Shown here piece by piece: positions 1-11,420 of a stretch of 48,214 nucleotides of DNA (position 1 is the first letter of the stretch; each line of letters starts with the position of its first letter). The position numbers and the translations under genes are program-made. Source of the DNA: Raillietiella orientalis (Eukaryota); contig JAYWIR010000167.1 of the NCBI GenBank assembly GCA_036172245.1, positions 1-48,214 of the forward strand, in the 5' to 3' direction. A model generated the notes under the pieces. The model was not told the DNA's origin, searched no databases, and worked only from the letters and a program-made list of their open reading frames with translations.

Positions 1-702
1 TTCTGCAAGAAGCACGGACACGCTAAATGGAGCTGTCCGGACTTCGCAAATTGCAGAAGGATTCGTGGACTCTCTCCCGTGAGAGAGAGGAGTGTGAGGG
101 AGGCGGAACAGCCTCAGAAGATGGCAGGAAGTCCGAAGAAGACGAGGGAAGTCGCCCCGGCATCGGCGGACGGCTTCATAGAAGTCGGAAAGAAGGGGAA
201 GAGGAGGATGCTCGTCAAGGAGCAGGAAGCCTCTCTTACCCCAGAAGTAGCGGAAGAAGGCGAAAAAATGGAGACAGTCCAGGAGGAAGAGAAAGCAGCG
301 AAAGAAGTCACTCCGGTGTCGCAGGAGGCCCTGCAGTCCACCGAGGAGTTGACGAAGCTTTCAGAAGAAGTGATGGAGGTGCAAAGCGGGCCCCAGCAGG
401 TGCAAATCCTGCAGAAGATCTGTGATGCACAGGAAACTGTGAACCAGGTGGTGGAGGTGGCTGAACGAGAGAAGCTGGAGGAACAGCTTCTTGAAGTGAA
501 GGCCAACTTCTGCGCCAAGGTCGAGATAGAGGCTCTATCTCGGAAACTAATAGCGCGAGCCGAACACTCTACAGAAGAGGCGGAAGTAACCGACCTCACT
601 GGGACGGAGAGTGACGCGGCAAGCGATAAACCCGCTCCTTCTTCAACGTCTGGGAGATCACGCTCTCCCAGACAGAAGAAGCTCAGGAAGGCCAAAAAGT
701 AG
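1..702 (+). CDS. A1 ORF1 C-terminal part (zinc-knuckle gag-like nucleic-acid-binding protein), partial
   Basis: Frame open from base 1 to TAG at 700-702. Homologous to A2 ~5757-6460 and A3 ~37184-37887; ends ...QKKLRKAKK. Confidence 0.85.
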   Translation, partial: FCKKHGHAKWSCPDFANCRRIRGLSPVRERSVREAEQPQKMAGSPKKTREVAPASADGFIEVGKKGKRRMLVKEQEASLTPEVAEEGEKMETVQEEEKAAKEVTPVSQEALQSTEELTKLSEEVMEVQSGPQQVQILQKICDAQETVNQVVEVAEREKLEEQLLEVKANFCAKVEIEALSRKLIARAEHSTEEAEVTDLTGTESDAASDKPAPSSTSGRSRSPRQKKLRKAKK

Positions 703-714
703 GTCTTCCCCTTT

Positions 715-3700
715 ATGGCCTCATACCTATCGACCGCCAGGAGGCTGAACATCGCCTCCTGGAACGTAAACGGTTTGATCGACCAGACCAAGTGGAAAAG
801 AATCGTGCGGACCATCGCACGACAAGATATCGTCTGCCTGCAGGAGACCCACAAGATGGGTGTCGAGGTTAGTCAGCGGATGGAACGGCGCTTCAATGGG
901 CAGATGCTTGTCAGCGAGGGAGAAGGGAACACGCAGGGTGTGGCGGTCTTAATCAAGAACCATTTAGCCCCCACTATCCTAGAAGTGTTCTGTCCCTTAG
1001 CCGGACGGATCATCGGAGTGCGACTGGCCTGGTCCGCTACTGTTCACCTTATTTTGGTGAGCGTGTACCGACCACACAGGCTAAAACATCGTTGTGCGGA
1101 GTCGCTGCATGCAGCACTCCGGGAAAAGGTCGCGCCCAAGGACGTCGTGAACGTCGCTGGCGATCTGAACATCCTGGACAAGATTACACATTCCCAGGAC
1201 GCCAGAGGAAGGTCGGCGTATAGGCGGCTATCCGACGAGTTCGGATTGTTGTGGCGAACAGCAAGCCACAAGCCGATCGATCACGTCCTCCATAGCACGG
1301 AATTAGGGAATCGTATTCTGGGTTTTCGCGACACACCCACCACCCTGTCCGATCACCCGCTAATGCGTCTCTCCCTAAGGACGGAGAATCCTCGGCGAAA
1401 GCAAGGCACCAGGGCAGCGCTCATCAGCATGCCCGTCTGGTTCGAAACACATCCTGGACATCAGGAGGTCCTAGAGGCGATTCTCAAAGCGACTACCCTG
1501 GTGCGGTTTTCCCTAAGAACGGAGAATCCTCGGCGGAGGCAATGCACAAGGGCGGCGCTCATCAGCATGCCCGCCTGGTTCGAAAGCCATCCCGGAAATC
1601 AGGCTGTCCTGGAGACGATTCTGAAGGCAACAACAATTAGAAGAGTCGCCGACTGGTACAGCCTGAAACACAGGATACACCTGTTGCCAAAAATGAAGTT
1701 CGAAGATAGACGCTTGAGGCAGAAGGCGTACGGGGAGCTGAACATCCAAGATCGCTCACTCTCAAAGTACTTCGATCAGTACGAGAGTGGGTACGTCTTC
1801 AAGAACATAATAAAGGAAGTCGGCGTGCTGGCGAAGAGAAATCTGGCAACAGATATCTTCTGCATCCAGTGCGACGGTCAAAATCGAGAGTCATCTGGAG
1901 ACATCGTGAATGCCTTTCAAAGGCATTACACGAAACACTTCATGCGACAACATCTCTGTCGCTCTAGTCAACAGGCCTTTCTGAGCTACCTCGAGAAGAG
2001 GACCGACGATCTCCAGCGGAACAGACTGAAGGAGGAATTCTCCGAAGACGAGGTAAAGACTGCGTTTGGTCAACTACGCAAGGACGTGGCAGCGGGCCCT
2101 GAAAGCGTAGCCATCACTCACTATCAGCGGTACCTGCATGCCTACCTTCGTTTGTTCCACCAGTTTACACTCTGCATCCGCGAAGAAGGAAGACTTTCAC
2201 AGTCCTTCTACGAGAGTCGGATGAGTTTGTTGCCAAAAGGAGGCGACCTCACGCAGGTCGCTCAATGGAGGCCAATCTCGATCCTGAACTCGGATGCCAA
2301 GTGGTTGGCGAAGATCTGGTCCAACCGCTTAGGCAAGGTCATGTCGAGGCTCATCTCTCCGGTGCAAACGTGTGCAGTCGCTGAACGTCACATGTCGGAC
2401 AATGTCGAGTGTGCCCAGGCCACCGTCGGACTCAGCCGATACGTCGGCGAGAATCTGGCGCTAGTTTCCACTGACATGGAGAAGGCTTTCGACTCCATCG
2501 ACCATGGGATGCTCCTGAAGGTTCTGGAGAAGCTAGACCTTTAGGAACGCTACAGCAACTTCGTGAGGGTGGTACTCCAGAACCAGTACTGCCGAATCAA
2601 AATCAACGGCCAGGAGGCGGCAGCAATCCGGATGGAACGGGGAGTCCGGCAGGGCGATTCGCTGAGTCCGATGCTGTTCGTCATCTACATGGAGGCGTTG
2701 TCGTCCTTTATCGAGATGAGCGGACGACTGCAAGGCATTACAATCGATGGCCAGCGTCTTACCCATCTGGCATACGTTGATGATCTACTATTCTTTATCA
2801 AGGGAGAGAGAAATCAACGAGCGTTTCTGGATGTGGTAGACCTGATGGATCAAGGCCTGGGTCTAAAGATCAACGCCCAGAAAAGCCAGCTCTTGCCCGT
2901 TGGAATCTTCAATCTCTCCACTCTAGCGGGGAGAGGATTTCGAACGGTGGACAATGCCAAGTACCTGGGTGTCTACATTGGCGACGTCTCCGCGTCGAAG
3001 CTATTGTGGACCGAGATCCTAGGGAAAATGGCCAAGGAAGCAGCCAAGTACACCCGAACGGACCTTGGAATGAGGCGAAAGGCCAATATATGGAATGGAG
3101 TACTCCTTCCAAAAGTGCTCTTCGGGGCGGCCTTCGCGAGGATGAACAAGGAAACCACGAGGGAGTTCGACAAGCTCCAGAGAAAAACACTGTGGGGCCA
3201 CTATCGCCCAAGAGTCCTACTAAAACCCCTGTGTCTTCCCAGGGAAGAAGGCAGTTCCGGGATGAAGTCGCTTGCACACTTCATAGAAATCATGGATACG
3301 CGACACATCCTGGACATTGCCACTCACTGGGATGACTGGCCGTATGCGGCGCACAGGGCCTACGCGTTGCTGTTGAACAACTCGAAAGTCCTGATGACTG
3401 CGCTACTAGGCCGTGCAGGCGTATGGAAAAAAATCGACCCAACCTGGACGAGGAGGCAACGGCTGGTGCGAAAGCACAAAATCAAGATCGTGCCGAAAAG
3501 TAGGGAACTCCGGCAGGACAAGTACATCCTGGTGATCCCTTGGATGCTTCCTGTCCCACCGGACACGAGAAGCTGGATCCACCAGCAGTCCAGACTTACC
3601 CTTCAACGAATCCAGGAGTGGAAACGAGTAGGGTACCTACATCATACTCGTATACTTAGGTATATAGAGATGATGTTAGGAAGGTTTACCCACATGACTC

Positions 3701-4351
3701 GCGAAGTGTGCTTCAACCACAACGACTTTGCGTGCTCCAGGGTAACCAAAACAAACCTCCGAAGACTAATTCAAGAAGAACAGAGTGATATCAGTGACTT
3801 CCAGGAAGCCGCCGATCGCTACGGGAGTGACCGGATGAACCTGTTAGCGATTGGCACGACGCTCTGGAGGAGTGACCTTCCTTCGGGCACCCAGGATGAC
3901 CTCCTGATGTTTTATCATGGAGGAATCCAGAGTGGGTCCCGATTGCAGGGAAGGTCGAGACTGCACAGCATGTGGAGACATGGACACGAGAGTTCACGTC
4001 TTGACGTGTCCCACATTGCTGCATGACTGGCTGATCCTGAAAAGGATCATCGGACTTACGAACAGATCCTTAATGGAGATCCTCGCCGGGATGTTTCAGG
4101 GGGATGGTAATGTTCCCTGTTACAATCCCATGGTGAGGACGACCATCGCCCTCTTCACCGCAATACTTATGCGGTGGTGGAAAATAAGGAAATCCAGAAG
4201 AGCCGCACCACCGATGGAGATCCTACAAGGGCTCCTGAAGAGGGAAATCGGCATTAGAAACTGTGGGAAAGTGCAAGCCAGGACGTACCGATTCATCCTG
4301 AAGTGGATAGAAGACGACGCCCGGGACCAAACAGTAGGAAACCCACCATGA
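715..4351 (+). pseudogene. A1 ORF2 (APE endonuclease + reverse transcriptase + C-terminal CCHC), disrupted
   Basis: EN motifs SWNVNGL, LQETH, GDLN, IDH, SDH. RT motifs WRPISILN, DMEKAFD, GVRQGDSLSP, YVDD, KYLG. C-terminal CTAC..HVLTC. In-frame stop at 2542-2544; ~16-17 nt deletion/frameshift near 3948 relative to A2/A3. Confidence 0.92.
1360..1635 (+). repeat. In-frame 138-bp (46-codon) tandem duplication inside A1 ORF2
   Basis: Units 1360-1497 (LMRLSLRTENPRRKQG...ILKATT) and 1498-1635 (LVRFSLRTENPRRRQC...ILKATT); single copy in A2 and A3. Confidence 0.9.
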
Positions 4352-4675
4352 GTGCAGAACTTGTGAGAACCCAAGGACTTCATGGTGGTAAAAAAAAGTG
4401 CCAATGTTATGGATGAGATTGTAGTGTGAATGTTTTGATAGAAAAATTTTAGAAAAATAAATTTACCCCACCCCTCGTGGGACTTGGGGAAAACTGCCGA
4501 GTCGGTGAACTTGCTTCGCGGCTCAAAGTCTTGTGCGCTCGAAAACATAATCAGTTAATTGTGCTCGTGTGTGCCCGGAGAGAAGAAGTTTTCGAGACGA
4601 AACTACAAAAGAAGAGGCAAGGAAATCGCGGCAAAACACCTGCAGTGGTTTCGTGCAGCAAGACCAGCTTCCAGG

Positions 4676-6460
4676 ATGCAGGCACCTAGAGGAGGAGTTG
4701 AGAGACCGTGGTCCCCCATGGAACCCATGGAGGTAACGTGCGGCAACGGCGAGACGGTGGCAGGCATGCCGAGGATCGCGCCCACGGCGGGCTTTGCTGC
4801 GCCGGCGGCGGCGATGCCAAGGGTCGTGCCCGCGGCGACGACGGCGTAGGTCGTGCCCACGGCGGCGACGCCGAGGACCGTGCCCGCGGCGGGGAAGGTC
4901 AAGCCTGCGGCGGCGATGCCGAGGGTGCCGCCCGCGGCGGCAACGGTGGCGACGTCCAGGGTTGCGCTCGCGGCGGCGGCGTCCCAGGAAGGACCCGTGG
5001 GCGTCCACTCGGTTGAGGGCGAGACGCCATCTTGTTCGGCTGCAGCGGCGCAGCCCTTTTCCTATGCGTCGGTGGCGGCTGGACAAGCGACTGTCCACCC
5101 ACCAAGAAAATTCTTGAAGCCGCTATGCGGTAAAGTCCAAAAGGTGGATAGGCCGATCGTGGAGTTAGGGCCGAATGTGAAGCCCATCATTTCCAAGACG
5201 GGGCTGATCAAGTTCAGTGATATCAGGGAGGTGTATCTGTCCCTCGATAAGACGGATACCAATTTTGATCGCATACAGGCGATCATACCGGCAAGCAACG
5301 TGTTCACAGTCTTCACAGACTGTGAAAAGATTAGAGAGCGATTGATCCAGATGATCAATATACAAGGGAGGATGGTTTGTGGTATTGGCGAAATGCCCTA
5401 CACAACCGTCTTTCTGAACGGCATCTCCATCCTCACTCCGCAACTAACGGTGTGGGACTTTTTGGAGCAGTATGAGGAAGTTCTGGACCTTGAATTACAG
5501 AACTTCTCTGGAAATATATTTTCTGGCGACATGATCGCTAAAATGAAGTTGAAAGAGGAAGCTGTGATCCCTGGATTAGCCGTTCTTGACGAACAATTCC
5601 AGGGAGTGAACTTGCGTTACCGGCAACAGCCGATATTCTGCACCGGGTGCAAGCAGTTCGGCCACAGGGCCGGCGCTTGCCCAACGTGTCGTTGTTTGCG
5701 CTGCAGCAAAGTAGGACATCAAGTCCGAAACTGCCCGCATCCGGAGGTGTGCTCCTTCTACAAGAAACACGGACATGCGTAATGGAGCTGTTTGGACTTT
5801 GCAAACTGCAGAAGGATTCGAGGTTTCTCTCCCGTGAGAGAGAGAAACACCAAGGAGGCGGAAAAGCCTCAGAAGGCAGGAAGGACGAAGAAGGTGGAAG
5901 ATGCCGTCCCGGTATCGGAAGACGGCTTCATACAGGTAGGGAAGAAAGGAAAGATGAGGATGCTCGTCATGGAGCAAGAAGCTCCTCTTATCCTGGTAGG
6001 TGAAGAGCAGTAAGGCGAGAAGATGGAGGCAGCGCAGGAAAACGCGGAAGAAGAAATAAATGAAGCCACTACGGTGTCGGAGGAGGCCCTGCCATCTATA
6101 GAGGAGCACGCATCAGTGTCTAATGAAGACCTAAAGGTGCACAGAGGTATTTAGCAAGGGAAAATCTTGCAGAAAATCTGGAATGCACAGGAGAAGGTTT
6201 ACAAGGTTGTGGAGGACACCGAGCGCGAGAAGCTAGAGGAACTGCTTCTCGATGTAAAGGCGAACTTCTGCGCCAAGGTCGAGATAGAAACGCTATCTCG
6301 AAAATTGATCGCGCGGGCCGAACAATCCATGGAGGAGGTTGAAGTAACCGACCTCAGCGGAACAGAGAGTGACGCCGGCAGCGAGTAGACCGCTGCTTCT
6401 TCATTGTCACGAAGAGCACGCTCTCTCAGACAGAAGAAGCTCAGGAAGGCCAAGAAATAG
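4676..6460 (+). pseudogene. A2 ORF1 (Ala/Pro repeats, three CCHC knuckles), disrupted
   Basis: ATG 4676 (MQAPRGG...); CTGCKQFGHRAGAC, CLRCSKVGHQVRNC and a degenerate third knuckle. Stops at 4847, 5780, 6011 and 6386, plus frameshifts. Confidence 0.88.
4766..4985 (+). repeat. GC-rich coding minisatellite in family A ORF1 (AAAMPRVVPA-like units)
   Basis: Repeated gcggcga(t/c)gccgagg..cgtgcccgcgg units; also present in A3 at ~36186-36410. Confidence 0.75.
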
Positions 6461-6473
6461 GTCTTCCCCTTCT

Positions 6474-9400
6474 ATGGCTCCGTCCCTATCGACCGCCAGG
6501 AGGGTGAGCATCGCCTTCTGGAATGTAAACGGTATGGTCGCCCAGAAAAAAGAGAAAGGATTGTGCGGAGCGTCGCACAACAAGACATAGTGTGCTTGCT
6601 GGAGACCCACAAGATGGATCTCGAGATTAAACAGCAAATGGAACGGCGATTCAACGGGCAGATGTTCGCCAGCGAAAGAGAACGGAACACGCAGGGTGTG
6701 GCGGTCCTAATCAAGAACAACTTGGCATCACTATTCTGGAAGTGTGCTGTCCCCAACCCGCACGAATCTTCGGCGTGCGACCGGCCTGGTCTGCTACTGT
6801 TCACCTCATCCTGGTGAACGTGCACGGGCCGCACAGGCTAAAACATCGTTGTGCGGAGGCGCTGCATGCAACATCCCGTGTAAAGGTTGCTCCCAAGAAC
6901 GTCGTCATTGTTGCTGACGATCTCATTATATCGGATGAGATCACTCACTTCCAAGTCAGAAACCGATCGATCACGTCCAGCACAGCACCGAACTTGGGAA
7001 TCGCATTCAGGGTTTTCGTAAGATTATGACCTCCGTGTCCGATCACCATCTGGTGCGGTTTTAACTGAGAACGGAGAATCTTTGGCGGAAGCAAGGCACC
7101 AGGGCGGCGATCATCAGCATGCCTGCCTGGTTCGAAACCCATCGCGGACATCATGCTGTCCTGGAGACGATTCTGAAAGCAACAACGATCCGAAGAGTAG
7201 CCGACTGGGACAGCCTGAAACAGAAAATACACCTGTTTGCAAACATGCAGTTTGAGGATAGGCGCTTGAGGCAGGAGGCGTAACGGGAGCTGAACATCCA
7301 AGATCGCTCACTCTCAAAGTACTTCGATCAGTACGAGAGTGGGTACGTCTTCAAGAAAATAAAAGGAGAAGTCGGCGTAATGGAGAAGAGAAATCTGGCA
7401 ACAGATATCTTCTGCATCCAGTGCGACGCTCAAAAGCGACAGTCGTCTGTGGACATCGTGGATGCCTTCCACAGGCATTACACGAAACACTTTAGGCGAC
7501 ATCTCTGTCGCTTTAATCAACAGGCCTTTCTGAGCTACCTCGAGAAGAGGACCGTCGATCTCCAGCGGAGCAGAGTCGAGGAGGAATTTTTCGAAGAAGA
7601 GATGGAGACTGCGTTTGCACAACTACGTAAGACGTGGCAGCGGGCCCTGACATCGTACCCATCTCTCACTATCAGCGGTACCTGCATGCCTACCTGAGTT
7701 TGTTCCACCAGTTAACCCTCTGCATCCGCGAAGAAGGAAGACTTCCACAGTCCTTATACGAGAGTCGGATAAGATTTTTGCCAAAAGGAGGCGATCTCAC
7801 GCAAGTCGCTCAATGGAGGCCAATCTCGATCCTGAACTCGGATGTCAATTGGTTGGCGAAGATCTGGTGCAACCGCTTAGGCAAGGTCATGTCGTGGCTC
7901 ATTTCACCTGTCAAAACGTGTGCAGTCCCTGGACGTCACATGTCGGACAATGTCAAGTGTGCTCAGGCCACCGTCGGAATCCGCCGATACCTCGGCGAGA
8001 ACCTGGCGTTGGTGTTCATTGACATGGAGAAGGCTTTCGACTCCATCGACCATGGGATGCTGCTGAAGGCTCTGGAGAAGCTAGGCCTTCCAGAACACTT
8101 CAGCAACTTCGTGAGGGTGGTACTCCAGAACCAGTACTGCCGAATCAAAATCAACGGCCAGGATACGGTAGCAATCTGGATGGAACGGGCAGTCCGGCAG
8201 GGCGATTCGCTAAGTCCGATGCTGTTCGTCATCAACATGAAGGCGTTGTCGTCCTTTATCCAGAAGAGCGAACGACTGCAAGGCATAACAATCGATGGCC
8301 AGCGTCTTACCCATCTGACATTCGCTGATTATCTACTCTACTTTATCAAGGGAGAGAGAAATCAATAAGCGTCTCTGGATGTGGTAGACCGGATGGATCG
8401 AGTGCTGGGTCTAAAGATCAACGCCCAGAAAAGCCAGCTCTTGCCCGTTGGAATTCTCGATCTCTCCGCTCTAGCGAGGAAAGGAATCCGTACGGTGGAC
8501 AAGGCCAAGTACCTGGATGTCTACATTGGCGACGTCTCCACGTCGAAGCTTTTGTGGACCGAGATCCTAGGGAAAACGGCCAAGGGAGCAGCCAAGTACA
8601 CCCGAGCGGACCTTAGAATGAAGCGAAAGGCCAACATATGGAACGGAGTACTCCTCCCAAAAGTGCTCTGCGGAGCAGATTTCGCAAGGATGAACAAGGA
8701 CACCACGAGGGAGTTCGAAAAGCTTCCGAGAAAAACACTGTTGGGCCACTATTGCCCAAGAGTCCGACTGAAACCCCTTTGTCGTCCCATGCAAGAAGGT
8801 TGTTCCGGTATGAAGTCGCTTGCAGACTCCATAGCAATGATGGATACGCGACACATCCTGGACATTGCCACTCACTGGAATGACTGGCCGTATGCGGGGC
8901 ACAGGAACTACGCTTTGTTGCTGAACAACTCGAACGGCATATGACTGCGCTGTTTGGGCGAACAGGCGAATCGAAAAAAATAGACCCAATCTTTACGAGG
9001 AAGCAACAGCTGGTTCGAAAGCAGCAAATCAAGATCGTTCTGAGGACTAGGGAACTCTGGCAGGTCGAGTCCATCCTGGTGATCCCTCGGATGCCTCCTG
9101 TCCCGCCGGACACGACAAGCTGGATCCACCAGCGGTCCAGAGTTACCCTTCAACGAATCCAGGAGTATAACGAGGAGGGTACCTACATCACACTCGTACA
9201 CTTAGGCATATTGAGACGATGTTACGAAGGTTTATCCACATGAATTGCGAAGTCTGGTTCAACCACAACGACTTTGTGTGGTCCAGGGTTACCAATACAA
9301 ACCTCCGAAGACTAATTCAAGAAGAAGACAGTGGTATTAGTTCCCTCCAGGAAGCTGCCGATCGCTACAAGAGTGACCGGATCAATTTGTTTGTGATTAA

Positions 9401-9917
9401 GACGACCCTCTGGAGGAGTGACCTTCCGCCGTGCACCCAGGATAACCTCCTGAAGTTTTATCATGGAGGAATCCAGAGTGGGTCCCGATTGCAGCACTAC
9501 ACCAAAAGAAGGGAAGATCGAGACTGCACAGCATGTGGAGACATCGACACGAGACTTCACGTCTTGACGTGTCCCACATTGCTGCATGACTGGCTTATCC
9601 TGAAAAGGATCATCGGACTTACGAACAGATCCGTAATGGAGATTCTCGCCGGGATGTTTCAGGGGAATGGTAATGTTCCCTGTTACAATCCCATGGTGTG
9701 GACGACCATCGCCCTCTTCATCACCGCCATACTTGTGCGGTGGTGGAAAATGAGGAAAGCCAGAAGAGCCGCACCACCGATGGAGATCCTACAAGGGCTT
9801 CTGAAGAGGGAAATCGGCATTAGAAACTGTGGGAAAGTGCAAGCCAGGACGTACCGATTCATCCTGAAGAGGATAGAAGATGACGCCCAGGACCAAACAG
9901 CAGAAAACCCACCTTGA
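6474..9917 (+). pseudogene. A2 ORF2 (EN-RT-CCHC), heavily disrupted
   Basis: Fragments 6563-6817, 7380-7697, 7634-8368 (DMEKAFD, RQGDSLSP), 8381-8944 and 9219-9917 all align to A1/A3 ORF2; several stops and frameshifts and a ~60-nt EN deletion near 6957. Confidence 0.9.
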
Positions 9918-10055
9918 GTGCAGAACTTGTGAGAACCTGAGGACTTCATAGTGGTAAAAAAAAATGCTAATGGTATGGATGAGATATTAGGGTGAATGTT
10001 TTTATAGAAAAATTTTAGAAAAATAAATTTACCCCACCCCTCGTGGGACTTGTTG

Positions 10056-11418
10056 AAAACTGCCGCTTTGGAGATAGGGCGACTGCATGCAGCGTGCACT
10101 TGCTCTTCGCTACGCTACTTTTGCGGCTTTCGTAGGCTTTGCAGAGGGGCCTGCGCTGCACTGGGGCTGTCCGGAACTCGGAAGGGAGAACGAAACGGGG
10201 AAAGAAGTCTTCACACTGATCTTCGATCTTCCTGTTTTCCTACCTTTCCTTCCAGGGTGTTACGGGGATTTGCTGGTTCCTAACTCGGAGAGGTGCCTGC
10301 GAGTTCGGCAGCAAGGGATAGCACGGTACGCGTCAAACCCTTGCGCACCTTTTTGAATGGCTTCCTTGCCGTGACTTTGCCCTTTCGGGGAGTTGTGGGC
10401 GGGGTTGCTTTCTTTTCATCCGCAAATCGCTCGTTGTTTTTTCCGAGTTCTTGCGGAAGACGTTTTCTATTTGCCGCTGCTGCTTTTTATGCAGTGGTTT
10501 TTTGAACCCGAAGAATTTCCGCTGCGGATGTTTTTCTTCCATGTACCGGGCACTTTTTGATTTCGTGCCCGGAATTTTTGCAATAGCGGCATCTTGGAGA
10601 GGGCCGCTGTTTAATTCGGTGCCCATCCTTGTCGCACTGCTCGCACGCTTGAGTCTGGCCTATGAACCACAGGTGAACGACCGTGCCGTTCATCTGCAAC
10701 TGCCAAGGCACAACACGCCTGTTCGAGAGGGTGATCCACGCGGAAGCATGTCCGATGTTGACAGAGGAGAAATCCTTCAAAGGGTACGGCATCTTTCACA
10801 GGGCGTGGACGGTGGCGAACTTCGCCTGCACGCTTACAACATCGCGGTCGGAGATTTCCGGTTCGATGTCTCACAATTGAACGACAAAAGAGTCGTCCAT
10901 CGCGGTAGGTAGGACATCCTTTCCATTGATAGTCAACGGCGTAAGGAGAAGGCGCTGCACAATTGCTGCGTTCTTGCACCGAATCTTCGTATATTTCATC
11001 CTGCCAGCAGGCATTATGGCAAGGAGTTCTTCCTCGGGAACGCCGATCCGTACGAGCTCATCATTGAGCTCACGACCGATTCTGCAGTTAAGGGGCCCAC
11101 TGACCTTATGACGGAGTGCATTCATGTATCCTGATGACACATATGCCTGGAACTCCGCATCGCAGGGTCCTGGTCTTTGGGAGGTAACGGCGGCGTAACT
11201 CCTCACCGGGGGCAAGGAAACCATTACGGAGAATGCATCCACTTCAAGTTTAGCTGAAGTGCTTTTAGTGGCTTGCTCTTTCACACTATCCTGTGTACTA
11301 ACTTTGTTGCACTATGCTACTTGGCAGATTCCATAGCAACACACAAGTGCGAGCGAAAACGCGGGCACAAAGTTGCCCGATCGTTGGCGCGGATAGACGC
11401 AGATACACGTCTGCTCTG
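10056..11418 (-). mobile_element. LINE 5' fragment D- (5' UTR + degenerate B/E-type ORF1), cut in the ORF1 tail by the A1/A2 insertion
   Basis: EFQAYVSSGYMNALRHKVSG... and VVHLWFIGQTQACEQCDKDGHRIK..CRYCKNSGHEIKKC match B1 ORF1; 5' terminal motif CAGAGCAGACGTG at 11418-11406. Confidence 0.85.
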
Positions 11419-11420
11419 TA

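Larger units (their letters stand above)
1..4489 (+). mobile_element. Non-LTR retrotransposon (L1/Tx1-like LINE), family A copy A1; 5' part lies outside the window; disabled
   Basis: ORF1 C-terminus (last CCHC knuckle FCKKHGHAKWSC, Glu/Lys-rich tail), then EN-RT-CCHC ORF2. Colinear with A2 and A3. Ends AATAAA(4456-4461)-TTTACCCCACCCCTCGTGGGACTTGGGG. Confidence 0.93.
4500..10055 (+). mobile_element. Family A LINE copy A2, full-length but degenerate; flanked by AAAACTGCCG direct repeats (4490-4499, 10056-10065)
   Basis: 5' UTR 4500-4675, ORF1, ORF2 and a 3' UTR nearly identical to A1; AATAAA at 10022-10027 plus hairpin. Confidence 0.92.

Noticed and set aside
4766..4985. Short GC-rich repeats as a CRISPR-like array
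   Set aside because: Degenerate in-frame coding repeats without unique spacers; eukaryotic LINE context and no cas genes.
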